NCBI GenBank assembly: GCA_003141715.1
Contig: PLNF01000022.1
Coordinates: forward strand, 15,506 to 79,505
Reading direction: 5' to 3'
Length of the DNA: 64,000 nt
Source of the DNA: Bacteroidales bacterium
GTDB lineage: Bacteria > Bacteroidota > Bacteroidia > Bacteroidales > VadinHA17
Each line of letters begins with the position of its first letter. Positions within the stretch are counted from its first letter, which is position 1. Made by a program: the position numbers and the translations under genes. This document shows, piece after piece, positions 1 to 11,027 of this stretch. Below the pieces are notes generated by a model, which saw only the letters and a list, made by a program, of their open reading frames with translations, made no database searches and was not told where the DNA came from.

Positions 1-1060
1 CCGGATCAATTATTATCTTTGCCTTCGGGTCTGTCACCGGTTTAGACAACGCTTCGAACAAAGCAAATATTTCCATCTGAGGTTTGACTGAAGAAATAAC
101 CACTTTAGTTGTATCTGATCTTTTATCTGCTACTTTAACTATTTTATTATCAGCCATTCCGGCAGAATCCTTAACTAGACTTTTTACCGGTTTTTCAGGA
201 GTCACTTTTTGAAGTCCGGATGTATCATGTTGATGGTTCATAGCAAGCTGAGCTTCACCGTATTTCTGATCAGCTGACTTCTGAAAAGATGCAGCAAGTT
301 TTTCATTTTCGGAAATTCTGGTCTTTAGGGCAGACTTTTCAGTAACTGAAAGTTTTTCCAACTCTTTTCTTTGCTCACCAGCAAGTTCAAGAAGTGAATC
401 TGCTTTAAATTGAAATTCAATAGCTTCATTTAAAGTTTTTTCATAGTTTGCAGGAAGATTAACTTTTTGGGGAGGTGCTTTGTCAGTAGTTTTTTGAATT
501 GGTTCCTTAATTGTGGGTTTAGCCTCTGTCGTACTGGTGTCTGCTTTATCATTTTTAAAGTTCGCAACTGGTATGAGTTCAGATTCTGCAACTTGTCCTC
601 TTTTTTGTATGCACTGTTGTAAAAATTCCGGAACACCCATTTCCTTTGCGGCTTTTTTCCCAACCCGGTCAGTATACGAATTATACGACATTGTTGCTTC
701 TGAGAATTTCCCCGACATTTGCTGTGCACGCCCGAGATAAAATAATCCATCAGATGGCAATGTCTTTACGGCACCGCTTCCCTGAAGAGCCTCTTTCAAA
801 AGGTTTGTTGCCTCACCCGGGTCCTTGTTCTGCTTTACCAGGCAAACGCCTGAATAGTACTTATACAATGGATCTTTGGTATAAGTCAGGAGCAATTCCC
901 TGAATTCAGTGTATGCCTTCTCATAATTCCCTTGTGAAAATGCTTCAAAAGAGGATTGGCGTGTAGGTTTCGTCTGAATGTTCTGGGAAAAAAGATTATT
1001 AAAAAGTATTTCAATAACCGTTAAAAGGCAAAACAAAATTATCTGTTTCTTCAATTTCAT
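1..1060 (-). CDS. hypothetical secreted protein; N-terminus in the window, C-terminus beyond the left edge; TPR-like N-terminal part and a K/E/Q-rich coiled-coil region
   Basis: I translated the minus strand by hand from the ATG at 1060-1058 (MKLKKQIILFCLLTVIEILFNNLFSQNIQ...). I checked every codon down to position 1 and found no in-frame stop. The ORF is missing from the track because it has no stop in the window. The listed ORFs at 430-903 are in other frames. Confidence 0.7.
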   Translation of the reverse strand, partial: MKLKKQIILFCLLTVIEILFNNLFSQNIQTKPTRQSSFEAFSQGNYEKAYTEFRELLLTYTKDPLYKYYSGVCLVKQNKDPGEATNLLKEALQGSGAVKTLPSDGLFYLGRAQQMSGKFSEATMSYNSYTDRVGKKAAKEMGVPEFLQQCIQKRGQVAESELIPVANFKNDKADTSTTEAKPTIKEPIQKTTDKAPPQKVNLPANYEKTLNEAIEFQFKADSLLELAGEQRKELEKLSVTEKSALKTRISENEKLAASFQKSADQKYGEAQLAMNHQHDTSGLQKVTPEKPVKSLVKDSAGMADNKIVKVADKRSDTTKVVISSVKPQMEIFALFEALSKPVTDPKAKIIIDP

Positions 1061-1210
1061 ACCTGCGTTATAATTGGCAAATAATTAATTTTCAATACAT
1101 TACTTTGAATGTTCTAATTCTTTGCCAGAAGATTTATGTTAATAACAATTGACTGATTTTTTGCAAATAACAATTCAAACTTCGTAAATTTACCCATAAT
1201 AACAAAATAA

Positions 1211-1681
1211 ATGACCATGATCCAATTAAAAGAGGGAATGAAAGCCCCCGGGTTTGAAGGTATTGATCAGAACGGCAAAACTATAAAACTAAGTGATTTT
1301 ACAGGTAAAAAAGTAGTTTTATATTTTTATCCAAAAGATAACACACCTGGTTGTACCGCAGAAGCTTGTAACCTGCGTGATAATTGGGATTCATTATTAA
1401 ACAAAGGTTTTGCAGTTATCGGGGTAAGTCCCGACAATGAAAAGTCGCATAAAGGTTTCGTTGATAAATATTCACTTCCATTTCCTCTTATCGCCGATAC
1501 TTCTAAAAAAATTCTGAATGATTATGGTGTCTGGGGAGAAAAAAAAATGTACGGAAGAAGCTTTCTGGGTGTTATCAGAACAACATTTATTGTTGATGAA
1601 AAAGGGATAATTGAAAAGATAATCATAAAGGTCGATACCAGCGGGCACACTAAACAGATTTTCAATTTGTACAATCAATAA
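1211..1681 (+). CDS. bcp: thioredoxin-dependent peroxiredoxin (BCP family)
   Basis: 156 aa. It carries the block [19 protein letters not shown] with the Cys-x4-Cys pair typical of Bcp. It sits directly upstream of recA. Confidence 0.85.
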   Translation: MTMIQLKEGMKAPGFEGIDQNGKTIKLSDFTGKKVVLYFYPKDNTPGCTAEACNLRDNWDSLLNKGFAVIGVSPDNEKSHKGFVDKYSLPFPLIADTSKKILNDYGVWGEKKMYGRSFLGVIRTTFIVDEKGIIEKIIIKVDTSGHTKQIFNLYNQ

Positions 1682-1691
1682 AACCAATTAT

Positions 1692-2699
1692 ATGAGCATA
1701 GAAAGAAAAGAAATAAATAAAGAGAAGCTTAAGGCACTTGAGGTTACCCTTGGGAAAATTGAAAAGGATTTTGGTAAGGGAACAATAATGAAATTAGGTG
1801 ATCATGCAATCGATAACATTCAGGTCATTTCAACAGGTTCAATAGGACTTGATGCTGCTCTTGGTATTGGTGGAATACCACGTGGAAGGGTGATAGAGAT
1901 TTACGGTCCTGAAGCATCAGGAAAAACAACACTGGCTATTCATTGTATCGCCGAAGCACAAAAGAATGGAGGTATTGCTGCAATAATTGATGCTGAACAT
2001 ACATTTGATCGTAATTATGCAGAGAAGCTGGGTGTAGATGTTGAGAACCTGCTTATTTCTCAGCCTGATAATGGAGAGCAGGCACTTGAGATCACTGACA
2101 ACCTCATCCGCTCCGGTGCACTTGATATAGTAGTTATTGACTCAGTTGCAGCACTTACACCAAAGGCTGAAATTGAGGGTGAAATGGGTGATTCCAAGAT
2201 GGGTCTGCAGGCAAGACTGATGTCTCAGGCATTACGAAAACTTACAGCAAATATCAATAAAACAAACACCTCATGCGTCTTCATTAATCAACTCAGGGAC
2301 AAAATCGGTATTGTGTTCGGTAATCCGGAAACCACAACCGGTGGTAATGCTCTGAAGTTTTATGCATCAGTGAGATTAGACATCCGCCGGACCAGCCAGC
2401 TTAAAGAAGGTGAAGAAATCATTGGCAGCCGGACTAGGGTCAAAATTGTAAAGAATAAGCTTGCACCTCCATTCAGAAAGGCTGATTTTGATATACTATA
2501 TGGAGAAGGGATATCCCAGCTCGGAGAGATTGTTGACCTTGGAGTCGATTTTGAAATTATTAAGAAAAGTGGTTCCTGGTTTAGTTATGGAGATACCAAA
2601 CTTGGTCAGGGTCGTGACGCTGTCAAACAGATACTTAAAGATAATCCGGAATTATATGATGAGCTGAAGGCTAAAGTATCTGATGCCCTCAAAAAGTAA
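1692..2699 (+). CDS. recA: recombinase RecA
   Basis: 335 aa. Walker A is GPEASGKTT. Canonical RecA blocks are present: [30 protein letters not shown] and [37 protein letters not shown]. Confidence 0.98.
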   Translation: MSIERKEINKEKLKALEVTLGKIEKDFGKGTIMKLGDHAIDNIQVISTGSIGLDAALGIGGIPRGRVIEIYGPEASGKTTLAIHCIAEAQKNGGIAAIIDAEHTFDRNYAEKLGVDVENLLISQPDNGEQALEITDNLIRSGALDIVVIDSVAALTPKAEIEGEMGDSKMGLQARLMSQALRKLTANINKTNTSCVFINQLRDKIGIVFGNPETTTGGNALKFYASVRLDIRRTSQLKEGEEIIGSRTRVKIVKNKLAPPFRKADFDILYGEGISQLGEIVDLGVDFEIIKKSGSWFSYGDTKLGQGRDAVKQILKDNPELYDELKAKVSDALKK

Positions 2700-2723
2700 T
2701 AATATTGAAAATAACTTAGAATC

Positions 2724-4784
2724 ATGAAAAGATGTCTTCTGCCGGTAATTCTTTTAGCACTTCTTTTTACATCTTCATGCAAACAAAAACCTCCTGTAGT
2801 AAAAGAGGCTTTGCCCCAGTTTAATAACCAGTTGACTGCTGAAGAGAAAGCGGGAGGAGTAATGACTCCTGAAATAATGTGGAAATTCGGAAGACTCGGT
2901 ACATTTGCACTTTCTACCGATGGATCGACTGTTTTGTATGCAGTTACAGATATAGATCTTCAGAGTGAGGCAAGACGAACAAATATTTTTAAGATAGCAT
3001 CAAATGGAGCGAATCCCGTACAACTGACCAGCAACGGTGGAAGCTCTCCGCAATGGATCAACAACGGGAAATCTATTGCTTATGTCAATAAAGGTAAACT
3101 CTGTACAATGAATACAGACGGCTCAGGGCAGAAAGCTATATCGGGGATAAGCGATTTTGAAATTTTCAGCGTTTCGCCTGACGGAAACAAGATATATTTT
3201 ACGAAGAGAGTCAAATTAGACCAGACTGCAAATGAGAAACATAAACTTCCTAAAGCAAATGTCAGGATTATCAACGATCTGATGTACAGACATTGGAACT
3301 ACTGGAGTGATTATTCATACAGCCATATTTTTGTTGCCTCCTTTAACGGAAACACAGTATCTGAAGGAAAAGATATTATGGAAGGACAGAGGTTTGAATC
3401 ACCTACTTCTCCATACTTCGATGATGGTGAAATTGCATGGAATCCCGACGGGAAATCAATCGCCTATACGACTAAACGGCTTAACGGCAAAGCAGACGCA
3501 CTAAGCACGAACTCAGACATTTACCTGTATAATCTTGAAACAGGCAAAGAAATTAATATTTCTGAAGGCAACAAAGGCTATGACAGATACCCGGTCTTTT
3601 CACCGGATGGTTCAAAGATAGCATATCAGAGCATGGAAAGAGATGGTTATGAAGCTGATCTCGACCGGCTGTTTGTTTACAATATTAAAGAAGGAAGCGG
3701 AACATGGATATCGAAAGGATGGAATTTTGATGTATCTAATATTACATGGGATGATAACGAGACAATATACTTTGCTTGTTCTCATCTGGGTACCTCCCAG
3801 ATATTCAAAACTGACCTTCATGGGAAAAGTGTAACAAAGGTAACAGAAGGAGTGCATAATCTCGGACCATTCATTCTAAAATCGGGGATTATGGTTTCAG
3901 AACTGACTTCAATGTCGATGGCTCCTGAACTTTCCACCATTGATAAGAAGACGGGATCAGTTAAACAGATCTCTTCTATAAATAAATTTATCTACGATAA
4001 TATCAAAATGGGTAAGGTTGAGGAGAAGTATATTAAAACAAAAGATAAGAAAGACCTTCAGATGTGGGTAATCTATCCTCCAGACTTTAACCCCGCAAAA
4101 AAATATCCTGCACTGCTTTTCTGCGAAGGAGGTCCGCAGTCCTCACTGGATCAGTTCTGGTCATACAGGTGGAACATGCAGATGATGACAGCAAAAGGTT
4201 ATATAGTATTTGCACCAAACCGCCGTGGTGTTTCAGGGTTTGGTCAGGAATGGAAAGAACAGATTTCCGGCGATTGGGGTGGAAAAAACATTCAGGACTA
4301 TCTTGATGCTACCGATGCGATGGCTAAAGAACCTTACATTGACGGAAAGAGAATGGGTGCAGTAGGGGCAAGTTACGGTGGCTTTTCGATTTTCTACCTT
4401 GCAGGTGTACACCAGGGAAGATTTAAAGCATTAATTGCCCACGCCGGGGTTTTCGATTTCGAAAGTGAGTACGGATCTACCGAGGAGCTCTGGTTTCCGA
4501 ACAAAGAATACGGGGGGCCGTACTGGAAAAATCTGCCAAGCTATAAATTCTCCCCTCACCTTATGGTTGATAAGTGGACAACACCTATACTTATTATAAC
4601 CGGAGCGAATGATTTCAGGATACCGTATACTCAAGCCATGGAGGCATTTCAGGCTGCCCAGTTAAATGGCGTTCCAAGCAAGCTTCTTTTCTTCGAGGAT
4701 GAATGTCATTGGGTTACAAAACCACAGAATTCCGTGATCTGGCAACGTGAATTTTTTGAGTGGCTTGATACGTACCTTAAATAA
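2724..4784 (+). CDS. S9 family serine peptidase with an N-terminal PD40/TolB-like beta-propeller
   Basis: 686 aa. A lipoprotein-like signal ends in SSC. PD40-like repeats include SPDGNKIYF, NPDGKSIAY and SPDGSKIAY. The C-terminal hydrolase has the GASYGGF nucleophile elbow plus GANDFRIP and DECHWV, the likely Asp and His. Confidence 0.8.
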   Translation: MKRCLLPVILLALLFTSSCKQKPPVVKEALPQFNNQLTAEEKAGGVMTPEIMWKFGRLGTFALSTDGSTVLYAVTDIDLQSEARRTNIFKIASNGANPVQLTSNGGSSPQWINNGKSIAYVNKGKLCTMNTDGSGQKAISGISDFEIFSVSPDGNKIYFTKRVKLDQTANEKHKLPKANVRIINDLMYRHWNYWSDYSYSHIFVASFNGNTVSEGKDIMEGQRFESPTSPYFDDGEIAWNPDGKSIAYTTKRLNGKADALSTNSDIYLYNLETGKEINISEGNKGYDRYPVFSPDGSKIAYQSMERDGYEADLDRLFVYNIKEGSGTWISKGWNFDVSNITWDDNETIYFACSHLGTSQIFKTDLHGKSVTKVTEGVHNLGPFILKSGIMVSELTSMSMAPELSTIDKKTGSVKQISSINKFIYDNIKMGKVEEKYIKTKDKKDLQMWVIYPPDFNPAKKYPALLFCEGGPQSSLDQFWSYRWNMQMMTAKGYIVFAPNRRGVSGFGQEWKEQISGDWGGKNIQDYLDATDAMAKEPYIDGKRMGAVGASYGGFSIFYLAGVHQGRFKALIAHAGVFDFESEYGSTEELWFPNKEYGGPYWKNLPSYKFSPHLMVDKWTTPILIITGANDFRIPYTQAMEAFQAAQLNGVPSKLLFFEDECHWVTKPQNSVIWQREFFEWLDTYLK

Positions 4785-4829
4785 AATTGACCTCTCCATA
4801 TCATATGTAAAGGGGCAAACCGAATGAGG

Positions 4830-5774
4830 CTATCCTTTAAGTAATTCCATTACTTTCTCCACTTTTTCCTCCATTGGCAATTGACCATCGATCCAGTTTA
4901 TCTTAATGCCCCTCCGTTCCATCCCTCTGAACCATGTCATCTGCCTTTTGGCAAACTGGTGAATAGCTATTTCAAGATCCCTGACCATTTCCTGGCAAGA
5001 AATTTTTCCGGTCAGATATAACGTAATAAACTTATATTCAAGTCCATAATAAATCAATGTTTCCGTGTTTATACCCATATCAATCAGATTCTTCACTTCA
5101 TCTACCATACCAGAATCGAGACGTTGTTTAAGTCTTTCTGAAATCCTTTTTCGTCTGGTATCTCTATCAAACGTAATACCGGTAACAAGGGCTCTGACTT
5201 TTGGAAACTCACTGCAATGATTTCCCTTGTTCCTGCCGGAATGTTCTATTTCAATTGCCCTGATAACCCGCTTCCTGGTATCTGTATCCGTTGTGTTATG
5301 AAGGTTTTTGAACGTTGATAAGATCTCTTTGAGTTCCTCCATCGATTTTTTCTCAAGTTCAATTCTCAGTCCGCTGTCAGGAGGCACCTCAAACATTTTG
5401 TATCCTGTTATTATACTATCTGCATACATTCCTGATCCTCCACAAACAACCGGGAATATTTTTCGTTTTTTCAGATCGGAATAAACTTTGTTAAAATCGC
5501 GCTGATATTCAAATACATTATATTTATAACCGGGATCAGCAATATCAATCAAATAACAAGGAATGTTAGTGCCATTGACATGGTAATCATCATAGTCCTT
5601 CCCTGTACCCAGATTCATACCCCTGTAAACCTGTCGTGAATCTGCACTGATAATCTCACCTCCTACCCTCAGAGCAATGGCCGCAGCCAGGGCAGTTTTA
5701 CCTGATGCAGTAGGCCCGATAACAACTAATAAATCGTAGATAGAATTCAACTCCACGGTCACATTTTTAATCAT
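4830..5774 (-). CDS. miaA: tRNA dimethylallyltransferase
   Basis: 314 aa. It has the P-loop [11 protein letters not shown] and the block [18 protein letters not shown]. Confidence 0.9.
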   Translation of the reverse strand: MIKNVTVELNSIYDLLVVIGPTASGKTALAAAIALRVGGEIISADSRQVYRGMNLGTGKDYDDYHVNGTNIPCYLIDIADPGYKYNVFEYQRDFNKVYSDLKKRKIFPVVCGGSGMYADSIITGYKMFEVPPDSGLRIELEKKSMEELKEILSTFKNLHNTTDTDTRKRVIRAIEIEHSGRNKGNHCSEFPKVRALVTGITFDRDTRRKRISERLKQRLDSGMVDEVKNLIDMGINTETLIYYGLEYKFITLYLTGKISCQEMVRDLEIAIHQFAKRQMTWFRGMERRGIKINWIDGQLPMEEKVEKVMELLKG

Positions 5775-5808
5775 TCCTGTTGGTAAAGCAATATACCATA
5801 TATTTATT

Positions 5809-5816
5809 TAATTTTG
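5809..5816 (+). promoter_or_regulatory. Bacteroidota sigma-A -7 box (TAATTTTG)
   Basis: Exact TAnnTTTG match 36 nt upstream of the smpB ATG at 5852. It lies inside the TTG-extended ORF of the track. Confidence 0.45.
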
Positions 5817-5851
5817 CCAGACATTCAAAACTGACTTTTTTATTAAAGATT

Positions 5852-6310
5852 ATGAAAGGTGGCGCCGGCAATATCGTCATTAAGAATAAAAAGGCTTCTC
5901 ATGATTATGAGTTCATCGAAAAATTTGTGGCGGGGATTATACTCTCGGGAACCGAGATAAAATCGATCAGACTTGGGAAAGCCACTCTTGCCGACTCTTA
6001 TTGTTTTTTCAACAATGGAGAGCTTTTTATTAAGGGAATGCACATTGCTGAATACTGGTGGGGAAATCTTAATAATCATGATCCGCTCAGGGAAAGAAAA
6101 TTGCTGCTTACTGCCCGTGAATTAAGAAAAATTGAAAGAAAAATAAAAGAAAGCGGACTGACAATCATTGTCATTAAAGTCTTTATCAACAACCGGGGAT
6201 TGGCAAAAGCCGAAATAGCGATTTCCAAAGGCAAGAAAGAATATGACAAACGTGAAACCCTCAAACGCAAAGATGCAACGAGAGAGATGGATCGAATGAG
6301 AAAGGTCTGA
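5852..6310 (+). CDS. smpB: SsrA-binding protein SmpB
   Basis: It has the motif [11 protein letters not shown] and a basic C-terminal tail. I trimmed the track ORF (TTG at 5780) to the ATG at 5852, giving about 152 aa, the usual SmpB size. The -7 box lies inside the removed extension. Confidence 0.9.
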   Translation: MKGGAGNIVIKNKKASHDYEFIEKFVAGIILSGTEIKSIRLGKATLADSYCFFNNGELFIKGMHIAEYWWGNLNNHDPLRERKLLLTARELRKIERKIKESGLTIIVIKVFINNRGLAKAEIAISKGKKEYDKRETLKRKDATREMDRMRKV

Positions 6311-7021
6311 TCAGAAGTTTGGACTAAGAAGATATCTTGAATAGAACTTAACGATATAATCTACAGCTTCATCAGCTGTATCTACAAGGGTAAATATATC
6401 CAGATTCTCAGGTGAAATATTATGTTCTTCAGCAAGCATTTCCTCTTTAATCCAGACTATTAAACCACTCCAGTATTTTCTCCCAACCAGTATTATTGGA
6501 AACTTTCCGATCTTCCTGGTCTGGATAAGGGTTATTGCCTCAAAAAGCTCATCGAATGTTCCGAATCCACCCGGAAGGACAATAAAACCCTGAGCATATT
6601 TCATAAACATGACTTTCCTGACAAAAAAATGATCAAAAGTTATCAGTTTATCAGAATCGATATATGGATTTGGATGTTGTTCAAAAGGAAGATCAATATT
6701 TATACCTACTGATTTGCCCTTTCCCCTTTTTGCTCCTTTATTAGCTGCTTCCATAATGCCGGGTCCGCCTCCGGTAATAACACCATATCCGTTCTGTGTA
6801 AGCTTGAAAGCAATATCCTCCGCAAGAATATAATACTTATTATTAACCGAGGTGCGTGCAGAACCAAAAACTGAAACGCATGGGCCAATTCGGGCAAGTT
6901 TTTCAAATCCCTCGACTAACTCAGAGATAATTTTAAACACTCGCCATGAATCTGTAGTATGAATTTCATGCCATGTTTTCTGTTCAAAGGCATCTTTTAT
7001 AAGATCAGCAGGTTTCTCCAT
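6311..7021 (-). CDS. LOG / TIGR00730 family Rossmann-fold nucleotide-binding protein
   Basis: It has the GGGPGIMEAANKGA and PGGFGTFDELFE motifs. The track start at 7051 is TTG, so I prefer the ATG at 7021 (MEKPADL...). Confidence 0.8.
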   Translation of the reverse strand: MEKPADLIKDAFEQKTWHEIHTTDSWRVFKIISELVEGFEKLARIGPCVSVFGSARTSVNNKYYILAEDIAFKLTQNGYGVITGGGPGIMEAANKGAKRGKGKSVGINIDLPFEQHPNPYIDSDKLITFDHFFVRKVMFMKYAQGFIVLPGGFGTFDELFEAITLIQTRKIGKFPIILVGRKYWSGLIVWIKEEMLAEEHNISPENLDIFTLVDTADEAVDYIVKFYSRYLLSPNF

Positions 7022-7065
7022 TTTGGTTTCAATAATAATTAATCGATTCAAATATAATTAAATTC

Positions 7066-9891
7066 TTAAGCCGTAAGTTCTGCTTTAAGGTATTTCCCCG
7101 TATAACTGTCTGAACATTCAGCAAGTTGTTCTGGCGATCCTGAGAATATAATATTACCGCCGGCTTTTCCACCTTCTCTGCCAAGATCTATTATATAATC
7201 AGCCATCTTAACCACATCCAGGTTATGTTCAATTACGATAATGGTATTACCCCTGTCAACGAGCTTATTTAGCACATCCAGTAAAACTCTGACATCCTCA
7301 AAATGTAATCCTGTAGTTGGTTCATCAAGGATATAAAGTGTTTTACCGGTATCACGCCTTGCCAGTTCAGTGGCCAGTTTGACGCGTTGCGCCTCACCCC
7401 CTGAAAGAGTTGTTGACTGTTGTCCCAGCTTGATGTATCCAAGCCCTACATCCTGAAGTGTTTTTATTTTATGATAAATTGATGGTATGTTAGCAAAATA
7501 TTCAACTGCCATATTAATAGTCATTTCCAGGACGTCACTTATTGACTGACCTTTATACTTGACTTCAAGTGTTTCGCGGTTATAACGTTTCCCGTTACAT
7601 TCAGTGCAATGAACATAAACATCGGGCAGAAAATTCATTTCGATGGTTTTCATTCCTGCGCCTTCGCATCCCTCACATCGCCCGCCTTTAACATTAAAAG
7701 AGAATCTTCCGGCGCCGAATCCACGTATCTTTGCTTCAGTTGTCTGTTCAAAAAGCTTTCGTATATCGGTGAAGACACCAGTATAAGTTGCAGGATTTGA
7801 TCGTGGAGTTTTACCTATAGGTGATTGGCTTACCTCAATAACTTTATCGAGATGTTCGAGTCCGGTAATTTCTCTGTACGGCAATGGCGACTTACCGGAA
7901 TTATGAAATTTCTTTGCCAGGGCTGGATGAAGAGTCTGGTTAATGAGTGATGATTTGCCGCTTCCTGATACTCCTGTTACGCAAATAAATGTACCAAGAG
8001 GCAGTGCAACATCCACATTATTAAGGTTATGCCCCGAAGCACCTGAAAGAAACAGAAATTTACCATTCCCTTTCCTTCTCTCTTCAGGAATGTGGAACTT
8101 CTTTTTATTATTAAGATATGAAGAAGTAAGTGTATCCTGTTTCATCAGTTCCTTCGGATTTCCATAAGCAACAACAAGGCCACCATGACGTCCTGCTCCC
8201 GGTCCCATATCAATCACATGATCTGCCGACAAGATCATTTCTCTGTCGTGTTCTACCACAATGACAGAGTTACCGGCATCCCTGAGTTGTTTTAATGCGG
8301 CTATCAGTCGCCGGTTATCCCTCTGATGCAGCCCAATGCTCGGTTCATCAAGAATATAGAGTACATTGACCAGTCTTGAGCCAATCTGAGTAGCCAGTCT
8401 GATCCTTTGACTTTCTCCTCCGGAGAGTGTTCTTGCACCTCTGTTCATCGAGAGATACTCGAGTCCAACCTCAAGCAGAAAACCAAGTTTTGCTCTTATC
8501 TCCTTTAGAATTTCTGCCGCGATTAATTTTTGCTTCCCGGTCATCTTCTCCTCTATATTGGACAGGAAGATAGATAACTCTTTGATATCCATGGCGGAGA
8601 GTTCTCCGATATTCTTATCAGCTATCCTGAAATATAATGACTCTTTCTTCAGCCGTGTACCCTGACATTCGGGGCAAACATTATATTGCACATACTGATC
8701 CTTAATTTTTGTTCCGTTCTTCTTGCCGTTTATTGTTTCAACATTCCCTACAAAATTCACAACACCTTCAAAAGTCAAGAAATAGTTGGAAGTCATTCCC
8801 AAAGGAGTATTTGACAACTTGAGCACTTCTTCCGACCCATAAAGCACCTTGTTGAGGGCATCCTCAGGAATCTCTTTTATTGGTGTATCCAGAGTGAAAC
8901 CATTTTTTTCAGCTATTGCTTCGATCTGCCAGAAAATCCAGGTATTCCTGTACTTTCCAAGAGGTTCGATCCCTCCTTTTCTGATGCTGAGTTCTTTGTC
9001 AGGAATAAGTTTCTCCTCATCAATGCTTGAAATCTCGCCCAGTCCGTTACAGTGGGGACAAGCCCCCTGTGGTGAATTAAAAGAAAAAGTATGAGGTGCG
9101 GGGTCATTATATGATAACCCGGTGGTTGGACACATCAGGTGCCGGCTGAAATACCTCGGTTCGTTATTTTCGTTATCCAGAACCATCATCACTCCGTCAC
9201 CCTGATCGAGTGACATAAGGATTGAATCATTGAGTCTTTTATCGGAAGTATCGCCAACTTTGAACTTATCGACAACTAACTCAATAAAATGGGTCTTATA
9301 CCTGTCGAGCTTCATTCCCGGAGCAAGTTCCCTGATTTCGTTGTTAATACGAACATTAAGGAAACCTTTTCTTCTAAGCTGTTCAAATAACTCTTTATAA
9401 TGCCCTTTCCTGCCTTTAACTATCGGCGCAAGAAAAAAAACTTTCTTTCCTGAGAAACGGTTTTTAACAAGATCAAGTATCTGTGTATCTGAATATTTAA
9501 CCATTTTTTCACCGGATGCATATGAATATGCTTCGGATGCCCTGGCATATAATAGCCTGAGAAAATCATAAATCTCAGTAATAGTTCCGACAGTTGAGCG
9601 CGGGTTTTTATTGGTGGTCTTTTGTTCGATAGATATAACCGGACTTAAGCCAGTTATCTTATCAACATCAGGGCGTTCCATTCCCCCCAGAAACTGTCGG
9701 GCATAGGCTGAAAGAGTCTCCATGTAGCGCCTCTGACCCTCGGCATATATGGTATCAAAGGCAAGAGATGATTTTCCGCTTCCGCTTAATCCGGTGATTA
9801 CTACAAGACTGTTTCGCGGTATAGTAACATCTATGTTTTGTAAGTTATGTACCCTTGCGCCAAGGACTTTAATCTCCTCATTCATCTTCAC
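7066..9891 (-). CDS. uvrA: excinuclease ABC subunit UvrA
   Basis: 941 aa. It has two ABC modules ([18 protein letters not shown]), LSGGE signature motifs and CxxC zinc-finger pairs (CPHCNG, CPECQG, CEGCEG, CTECNG). Confidence 0.98.
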   Translation of the reverse strand: MKMNEEIKVLGARVHNLQNIDVTIPRNSLVVITGLSGSGKSSLAFDTIYAEGQRRYMETLSAYARQFLGGMERPDVDKITGLSPVISIEQKTTNKNPRSTVGTITEIYDFLRLLYARASEAYSYASGEKMVKYSDTQILDLVKNRFSGKKVFFLAPIVKGRKGHYKELFEQLRRKGFLNVRINNEIRELAPGMKLDRYKTHFIELVVDKFKVGDTSDKRLNDSILMSLDQGDGVMMVLDNENNEPRYFSRHLMCPTTGLSYNDPAPHTFSFNSPQGACPHCNGLGEISSIDEEKLIPDKELSIRKGGIEPLGKYRNTWIFWQIEAIAEKNGFTLDTPIKEIPEDALNKVLYGSEEVLKLSNTPLGMTSNYFLTFEGVVNFVGNVETINGKKNGTKIKDQYVQYNVCPECQGTRLKKESLYFRIADKNIGELSAMDIKELSIFLSNIEEKMTGKQKLIAAEILKEIRAKLGFLLEVGLEYLSMNRGARTLSGGESQRIRLATQIGSRLVNVLYILDEPSIGLHQRDNRRLIAALKQLRDAGNSVIVVEHDREMILSADHVIDMGPGAGRHGGLVVAYGNPKELMKQDTLTSSYLNNKKKFHIPEERRKGNGKFLFLSGASGHNLNNVDVALPLGTFICVTGVSGSGKSSLINQTLHPALAKKFHNSGKSPLPYREITGLEHLDKVIEVSQSPIGKTPRSNPATYTGVFTDIRKLFEQTTEAKIRGFGAGRFSFNVKGGRCEGCEGAGMKTIEMNFLPDVYVHCTECNGKRYNRETLEVKYKGQSISDVLEMTINMAVEYFANIPSIYHKIKTLQDVGLGYIKLGQQSTTLSGGEAQRVKLATELARRDTGKTLYILDEPTTGLHFEDVRVLLDVLNKLVDRGNTIIVIEHNLDVVKMADYIIDLGREGGKAGGNIIFSGSPEQLAECSDSYTGKYLKAELTA

Positions 9892-9900
9892 TTCTCCTCA

Positions 9901-10872
9901 TCAAAAGGTCAGTTCTCCGTTTTCTGTTTTTTCGATGTTTCGCATCCCCTCTGAAGGAATCTTAATCATATATTCTTTATTTGATTTTGGTGTCAGGAAT
10001 GGTTTCCTGAGCCAGGGATTCAGAATTTTTAACATCTTATAATTTGTCCCGAACTTTTCAGCAAAAGCTGAAAAATCGGTAATAGCACTGTCAACTTTTA
10101 ATTCAGCGTATTTTAGTTCCGGATATAAATCCGTTTTTGAGATCTTAAATCCATAATTCTCCGGATCACTAATTATAAGTTTATATGCCACTGCTCTGAA
10201 TATATATCTTGCTGTTTCATCGCTTAACAGAAGATCGTAATAATTATGCTGATGCTGTATTTCTATCTGTTCATCTATTGCGGCTCGTCCGCCATCGTAT
10301 GAAGCGGCAGCAAGTGTCCAGTTGCCATATTTTTCATAGGATTTTATAAAATAATCGCATGCGAACTGTGTTGACTTTTCAACATCGTATCTTTCGTCAA
10401 CAACAGTGTTGATCTCCAATCCTTCTTCCTTTCCTGTTTCAGGCATTATCTGCCAGAAGCCTGTAGCTCCTGCCGGAGAAACCATATTACTATATTCACT
10501 TTCGGCAGCTACCAGATATTTGAAATCATCAGGAATATTATTCTTTTTAAGAATTTTTTCTATAAGGGGAAGATACCTGTTCGCTCTCTTTATAATCAGA
10601 ATCGTTGAGGAGTGTCGGTATGCACTTGTCAGGATTTCACGTTCAAGACTCTCCCTTGTATCAAAGTTGTCGAGAGGCATTGTCTCACCTGAAAATGTCA
10701 CTTCATCAGGTAATTTAAATGATTTGATATTATAAACTGTATCTATTGGCTGATGCACCCCTGCTGGAGTGTTGCTAAATCCTTTAAAGTTCTGGGCGAT
10801 TGAAAGAATGATAATAATTGTTCCAGTCAGAACAAAAGCAGTAAGCACCGTTTTCCTTTTTGTATATATCAT
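9901..10872 (-). CDS. membrane-anchored lytic transglycosylase (SLT domain)
   Basis: 323 aa. It has an N-terminal TM anchor and the SLT catalytic region [25 protein letters not shown]. Confidence 0.7.
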   Translation of the reverse strand: MIYTKRKTVLTAFVLTGTIIIILSIAQNFKGFSNTPAGVHQPIDTVYNIKSFKLPDEVTFSGETMPLDNFDTRESLEREILTSAYRHSSTILIIKRANRYLPLIEKILKKNNIPDDFKYLVAAESEYSNMVSPAGATGFWQIMPETGKEEGLEINTVVDERYDVEKSTQFACDYFIKSYEKYGNWTLAAASYDGGRAAIDEQIEIQHQHNYYDLLLSDETARYIFRAVAYKLIISDPENYGFKISKTDLYPELKYAELKVDSAITDFSAFAEKFGTNYKMLKILNPWLRKPFLTPKSNKEYMIKIPSEGMRNIEKTENGELTF

Positions 10873-10900
10873 AATAATTGAAGTAGTAAAAAATAAAGTG

Positions 10901-10908
10901 CAAAGGTA
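10901..10908 (-). promoter_or_regulatory. -7 box (TACCTTTG on the minus strand)
   Basis: Exact TAnnTTTG match 29 nt upstream of the ATG at 10872. Confidence 0.45.
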
Positions 10909-11027
10909 ACATTTTTGCGCCTGAAAAATAATTTCGGTAAGGGTAAATTAATCATTGAATAGATACCGAAAAAACCAATAAAAGATGTGGCCGGGGAAAA
11001 ATTAAAGGAGGAAAAGGGATGACAGGT

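Noticed and set aside
430-903. Three track ORFs (430-750 minus, 513-740 plus, 646-903 plus)
   Set aside because: All overlap the long open minus-strand frame 1-1060, which has a signal peptide and coherent composition. These short ORFs are in other frames with Cys/His/Arg-rich junk translations.
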